In this document: positions 42,877 to 43,013 of the stretch, piece by piece
How positions within the stretch are numbered: position 1 is the first letter of the stretch
Layout of the letters: each line of letters begins with the position of its first letter
Origin: a virus
DNA: 43,013 nt
Direction: 5' to 3' (one strand)
IMG/VR virus record: IMGVR_UViG_3300046733_000343
The notes under the pieces: model-generated
Told to the model about the DNA's origin: nothing
Database searches by the model: none
The model's input: only the letters and a program-made list of their open reading frames with translations
Made by a program: the position numbers and the translations under genes

Positions 42877-42922
42877 ATTTTTGCATTTTGTTGATAACTA
42901 CGATCAACAGATGTAAAATAAA

Positions 42923-43013
42923 AGGAGAAGGACGCTAAGATGGTTGAAGAAACCGAGGTTGCGGAACCGTCCACCGAGACCGAAGTAATCGAGGACGATA
43001 ATGCGGTGTCGTC
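42923..43013. repeat. Terminal overlap, copy 2 (identical to 1-91), including a truncated second copy of the scaffold gene start at 42940
   Basis: Exact 91-nt match to the window start. Confidence 0.95.

Larger units (their letters stand above)
1..42922. mobile_element. Complete temperate tailed-phage genome (one unique copy of a circularly closed contig)
   Basis: The window ends overlap exactly by 91 bp. It contains terminase, portal, capsid, tail, lysis, integrase, repressor and replication genes, and no flanking bacterial housekeeping genes. Confidence 0.85.

Overview
The window is one complete, circularly closed genome of a temperate tailed phage. About 42.9 kb is unique; bases 1-91 recur exactly at 42923-43013. 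The virion genes follow a T7-like (podovirus-type) order, but I see no phage RNA polymerase or DNA polymerase. Reading around the circle there are five modules. (1) A + strand virion module that wraps the window ends: TerL, portal, acidic scaffold, major capsid, adaptor-like and nozzle-like proteins, then a run of internal-virion proteins ending in a 2,543-aa multidomain giant protein. (2) A - strand lysogeny module (tyrosine integrase, xis-like HTH, cI-like XRE repressor) facing a divergent cro-like gene across an operator-rich intergenic region, with a candidate attP beside int. (3) A + strand recombination and replication module: RuvC-like resolvase, PD-(D/E)XK nuclease, acidic-tailed SSB-like protein, Prim-Pol/helicase fusion, small zinc-finger proteins, and an array of ten GGCGGAAGT iterons that is the likely origin. 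(4) A - strand accessory cassette of six tightly coupled genes, including a short C5-methyltransferase-like protein and an NrdR/Ogr-type zinc ribbon. (5) TerS, two tiny basic proteins, a 1,127-aa tail fibre with about 40 in-frame decapeptide repeats, two paralogous low-GC receptor-binding-like proteins, a fibre chaperone-like protein, and a lysis cassette of small membrane proteins plus a GH108-type endolysin. No tRNA, rRNA, CRISPR array or reverse transcriptase was recognised. The most unusual items are the giant protein (ParB-like block plus HEWGH zincin block), the iteron origin embedded in a zinc-ribbon gene, a non-SSB-looking protein ending in the SSB tip motif DDEIPF, the reverse-strand cassette, and the compositionally foreign fibre cassette. 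All functional calls rest on motifs read by eye and on gene order. No database search was possible.
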